DNA from: Nitrospirota bacterium
Lineage (GTDB): Bacteria > Nitrospirota > JACRHJ01
DNA length: 64,000 nucleotides
Assembly (NCBI GenBank): GCA_963845245.1
Contig: CAWJRJ010000024.1
Location: 64,001 to 128,000 of the forward strand
Direction of reading: 5' to 3'
Below are positions 61,001-64,000 of this stretch, piece by piece. The stretch's first letter is position 1; every line of letters starts with the position of its first letter. Under the pieces are notes generated by a model. The model was not told the DNA's origin. It saw nothing but the letters and a program-made list of their open reading frames with translations, and searched no databases. The position numbers and the translations under genes were made by a program.

Positions 61001-62858
61001 CATCCACCATTTCCGGTTGTGGAGCCGCCGCCATCGCCAGATAGCGAGAGCCTGCGCATTTCCAGGGACTGGTCGCTCCAATGCCTGACTACCGGGTCCC
61101 TCACGCCCCTTGCCAGAAGCGCCGAAGCCGCCTTAAGCCTTACATCTGGGTCGGCGTCCTCCATGGCTGCCATAATCACGCCAGGCGCCACGGTATCTTC
61201 CCTGCCGGCAAGGAGTCTCAACCGCCATCAGGCGCATGCCGGCATCCCCGCACGCAATAAAGGCGCTGACCGCCCTCGATGACTCCTCCCCAAATATCTT
61301 TGATAGCCATGGAGAGCGCCTTCATACGTATGCCGCGCTCAGGGTCGCAGGCGACACGGGCCAGCACCGGCGCAATAGCCGGGTCTTCAAAGGTAATAAA
61401 ATAATCGACTGCTGCAGCGCGCACGACCGACTGATGGGTCTGTAAGCGCCTTTGCTGCCGCCTCACGTGCCTCGCGAGTCCTGAATATCGTCAAGGCGGA
61501 CAGCGCCGCCATCCTGATAGCCTCATCCTTGTCGGAGACTGCTTCTCCTAGGCCCTTGATGCCGGCTTCTCCGGCCTGCCTGAGCCCGGCCACCGCAGCC
61601 TTCCTCACCTCGATATCATCGTCTTTCAGCGCAGACTCCAGCCCCTTAACAGCCTCGGCCCCGGGTATCTTCCCAAGATAAACTGTCGAACGCAGTCTTA
61701 CCTCTTTTTCGCCTGAACGCAGGCCTTCCATAAGGCCCTCGACATCTCTGCGTGCGTATAGTACCCCGACCGCCTCCATTGCAATCCCCGAGTCGGGGTC
61801 GTTCACGAGAGGCCTTATAATTGCCGTGTCGGCCTCTTTGGTGGTCAAGGCAACCTCGAACGCCTTTTTTCTCAGATCTATGTCGGGGTCGTGAAGTCCG
61901 GCCTCTATCGCCTTCAGCCGGCCCGGCCCACCTTTAGAATAAAGGATTCCCCGCGCATCCCGTCGTAACGTCTTACCGCCCGTGGAAGCCGCATCCAGCA
62001 ACACGTCCGTTACCGTTTCGCCGTCTTGGGACATCAATGAAGACAGGGCGGCAGACGCTACTCCGGGAGCCGGGTCTTTAAGTAGGGCCTTCATCAGCGA
62101 GGACTCTTTTGCCCCTTTCACCACAAGAGACCCTGCCACAATCATACGGACCTCGGCGGTACTGTCCGACGCAGCCTTTTCGGCCGCCTCTACGGGGTAG
62201 CCGAAATCCTTGGAATACAATACACGGAAGGCTTCGGCCCTTATGACGGACAAAGGGTCCTGCTGTGCCTTCTTAAGCGTCTCTATCCCAATATCCGGCT
62301 TGAGCCTCCGTGTTGACCTTGACAGCGGAGAGCCTGACATCGCCATCGTGGTCAGACATGGCCCAATTGAGTATTCTCGAGTGCATCCGGGTCGTTATTT
62401 GCAATGTGTTCGAGCGCATCGAGCTTGCGCCGCTTTTCATTCCCTGATATGGCCAGGAGTTGACGGTTTTTCGTCAAAAAGAAGCTGGCGGACAGTTTCT
62501 TGCCATTTATCGTGGCCTGCACATTCCATAGTCCTGGCTTGTTTTTCTCGGGATAATCCGAAATATTTATGGTGTCGGTTATGAAAACTGGAGTTTTTGA
62601 TGGAAAGACCGTCTTTACCGTGCGACCAGCCATAGCCCCGGCTGGGTCCGCCCAGCTGAACTCGACCCTTGCCTTCTCATCTAAATGGATCGATATCGTG
62701 GCCTTAAGTTCTTTGGTTTCAGCGGGGTATATAAGAATATCTCTGGAATTGGGGGTACCGGTTTCGGTCAGGACAATCTCGCCCGGTTTTTCTGGATATG
62801 CTGGTACTGCATGGAAAATGAATAAAAGGACGGCTACAAAGGCGAGACGGGCCCTCAT
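58077..62858 (-). CDS. Giant exported HEAT-repeat protein (about 1590 aa), broken by several frameshifts
   Basis: ORFs 62352..62858, 61387..62346, 61218..61466, 60979..61221, 60161..60877 and 58077..60176 abut or lie close together. All but the first (signal peptide plus beta-rich domain) carry LxDxDxxVRxxA repeats. Confidence 0.75.
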
Positions 62859-63845
62859 TTTGTGACTGCGCCTTCCACCTCGATGGGCACGGCCACCCTT
62901 ATATAAAGATAGCCTTTCATTGATTGCTTCAGGGATTCAGGCTTCATGGACACGACAACATTTGCGGTCCCGCCGGGGGCAAGCCTCTGCGAATCGAGCC
63001 TTTGCCTCCGACCCGTCAAAAGAGCTTTCCACTGATTCTATCTCTACGACACCGCCGCCCTGGTTCTTTAGGCCAACCTCAACCGATGGGTTCGGCGTAC
63101 CGGATGAGACCTTTATCGAGGCCGGCGTTATGATCACCGCGTCCCTGACCTGCCCGGACTCGGCTATATAACCCAGCACCTTTACCCGCAACTCCTTTTG
63201 GTTATTTGAAAGCCGGAAGGATATATCTTCGTCTATTGGACCTGAACTCTTTGTCGGCCTGTAACCTAACCTGACGGCCTGGAAACCGCGAAAAGGCACC
63301 TCATTTGGTTCTGATGAGTCCATGAAGAACCCTTTCGGCAAGGCTATGCCATTAATGGGGAGACCTATGTTGCCCTTGTTTCGAATGGTGAGCATGAAAT
63401 ATTTCGTCTCGTACGGAGCCACCACGCCAAGGTCCAGTACTCCAGGCTCTACGACACCGAGCGATGCCTTTTCATCCTTTATGGTCCCGTGCAGGCTTAC
63501 CGTCTTTGAACCGGCGTTCGTTGCCACCACGACTTCCTTCCTGAACTTCCCAACGAAGTTGTAGGCTGCAAAATCTATCTTCATCGCGGTCTTGCCGCCG
63601 GGTTTTACCACTTTATCCTCAAGCACGACCGCAGTACATCCGCAGGACGTGTTTATGTTCTGTATCAAAAGGTCCTGGTCGCCTGTATTCTTAATAGTTA
63701 TCTCTTTGGATGGGTCGGACCACTGATAAATTTCGCCAAGGTCCCAGTCTTCAAGTGAAAGCTCCATCCTGGGCGATGCCAGAGACGGTGCTGAATGGAG
63801 GGATGCAACGACAATAAGGAAGAGGCCTACAACATACTTTCTCAT
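62855..63845 (-). CDS. Exported DUF1573 (tandem Ig-like) protein; frameshift near 62975
   Basis: Signal peptide; WDLGEI, KNTG, TSCGCT. The corrected end KGYLYIRVAVPIEVEGAVTK* overlaps the next ATG (ATGA). Confidence 0.82.
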
Positions 63846-63960
63846 TTATTCTCCGACAGAAGCCCTTACACTCGCAAATCAAAGGTGAGCGGACTGGTAA
63901 ATATTAACATGGTCAACAGAAAATAGCAATACAGTGGTTACGGGGCGGGCGAAGAAGCTT

Positions 63961-64000
63961 TCAGCCGAGCTTTTCAAGTAGTCTTTTTGCACGGTCCTTG
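63961..64000 (-). CDS. 3' end of an upstream gene
   Basis: KDRAKRLLEKLG* enters from the window edge. Confidence 0.4.
   Translation of the reverse strand, partial: KDRAKRLLEKLG

Overview
This is 64 kb of gene-dense bacterial chromosome. Gene content suggests an anaerobic or microaerobic Gram-negative of Nitrospirota/Desulfobacterota type; that is inference, since there is no rRNA marker. Left to right: murQ, larE, a RuBisCO-like protein (form IV) with an almost intact RuBisCO active site, a tetraheme cytochrome, glcDF-tal, tandem PPi- and ATP-type phosphofructokinases, chaperone and RNA-modification genes, and signalling genes around tRNA-Val(CAC). Then come a polyprenol-linked glycosylation cluster, an ispB-amrA-Rieske/cytochrome b6/subunit IV operon, glnE and a tkt-tal-gnd-rpiB-zwf operon. 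The right end holds about 12 kb I cannot assign to a known pathway: a UbiU/UbiV-like U32 pair, a lone CobM-like methyltransferase, an ArsP/DUF318 permease, two DUF1573 proteins, a TPR protein and a giant exported HEAT-repeat protein. Unexplained non-coding elements include a GTAG REP doublet, a 164-nt rod-like hairpin, a candidate C-rich sRNA and relics of a tRNA and an RND gene. About 19 genes carry single-base frameshifts, most likely long-read consensus errors, so I joined the split ORFs by hand. All family calls come from motif recognition, not database searches.
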